A stretch of 64,000 bases of DNA from positions 41,848 through 105,847 of IMG/VR virus record IMGVR_UViG_3300020048_000021. One strand, given 5' to 3'. Of the stretch, positions 63,467 through 64,000 are shown in pieces (positions within the stretch are counted from its first letter, which is position 1; every line of letters begins with the position of its first letter). Source of the stretch: a virus. Its lineage: Duplodnaviria > Heunggongvirae > Uroviricota > Caudoviricetes. The translations under genes were made by a program, and so were the position numbers. The notes under the pieces were generated by a model. That model worked only from the letters and a program-made list of their open reading frames with translations, made no database searches and was not told the DNA's origin.

Positions 63467-64000
63467 ATGAGCAAAACAGTACAGTCTAATTATAAACCAA
63501 AAGAAATCTCTGCGGATGCGATATTGAAACGAATCAAAGAAGGTACGCATGTGCCACAATCAAAGAATGCTGACGGTACTAATGTCGGCTTCATGAATGA
63601 TCCTCGTTGGTCAAATGACCCAACCGGCAAGGGTGATGATCGTCTTCCAGGAACTAAGTCTATGGTGGATTTAATAGACAAGTTTGAGAAAATCAATGAT
63701 AAAGACAAATGTCTGCGTGTTCGTTTCTATGATTGGTTCGCAGACTATTTAGATCGAACAGCAATCAAGATGCGTGATCGTGCTTCCAAGATAACAAGCC
63801 CCTGTTCTATTATTCTGCCTACAATGAAATCAAAGACAGTGACCGAGACGGTACTTGTTAAGGATAAATCAAAGCCAGACACCATCAGCATGAAGTTGCC
63901 AGACGAAGAAGTTAAGAAAATTGTACCTGATTTAACGCCTGATCACAATCTTGAGTTAATTGCGGCTCAAAAAACTGCTGAAAAATTCGCAGACATTATG
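63467..64000 (+). CDS. hypothetical protein, 3' truncated by window edge (absent from ORF track)
   Basis: MSKTVQSNYKPKEISAD... open for 178 codons to the edge; AAGGA SD and promoter upstream. Confidence 0.8.
   Translation, partial: MSKTVQSNYKPKEISADAILKRIKEGTHVPQSKNADGTNVGFMNDPRWSNDPTGKGDDRLPGTKSMVDLIDKFEKINDKDKCLRVRFYDWFADYLDRTAIKMRDRASKITSPCSIILPTMKSKTVTETVLVKDKSKPDTISMKLPDEEVKKIVPDLTPDHNLELIAAQKTAEKFADIM

Noticed and set aside
63490-63708. 72-aa minus-strand ORF
   Set aside because: Overlaps a promoter- and SD-supported plus-strand ORF starting at 63467.
1-64000. Alternative genetic code (TAG/TGA recoding), as seen in some large phages
   Set aside because: Core genes are full length in code 11, and both TAG (e.g. 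uvsY, dnaB) and TGA (e.g. uvsX) serve as normal stops.
1-64000. tRNA, rRNA or integrase/transposase genes
   Set aside because: Intergenic gaps are short and accounted for by promoters and terminators; no cloverleaf or recombinase motifs were recognised by eye (tRNAscan not run).

Overview
An AT-rich, gene-dense segment of a large tailed dsDNA phage with T4-like gene content, read in standard code 11 and almost entirely on the + strand. Core genes: ClpA-type ATPase (partial), large terminase, gp32-like SSB, UvsX/UvsY/UvsW, Dam-type methylase, gp62-like clamp-loader subunit, a 201-aa minimal DnaE core, primase, DnaB helicase, exonuclease and class Ia RNR (nrdAB). A virion fibre region (43.6-59.4 kb) carries a collagen-like protein, two GH5 proteins, an SGNH protein and an FN3 protein. 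Two promoter classes are visible: T4-like late (G/C)(A)TAAATA boxes, and sigma70-like promoters, five of which share an extra TCC element. The most striking signal is a set of unrelated enzymes (kinase, RNA-ligase-like protein, HIGH nucleotidyltransferase, three tandem amidoligases, a putative nuclease, a 954-aa protein) that share a ~9-residue N-terminal peptide resembling the T4 capsid-targeting sequence. Together with an 896-aa polyprotein whose modules are separated by [LV]xE prohead-protease-like sites, this suggests a capsid-packaged, injected enzyme payload. A second oddity is small beta-rich modules nested inside one another within the GH5 and SGNH catalytic domains. All family assignments come from motif recognition by eye; no database searches were run.
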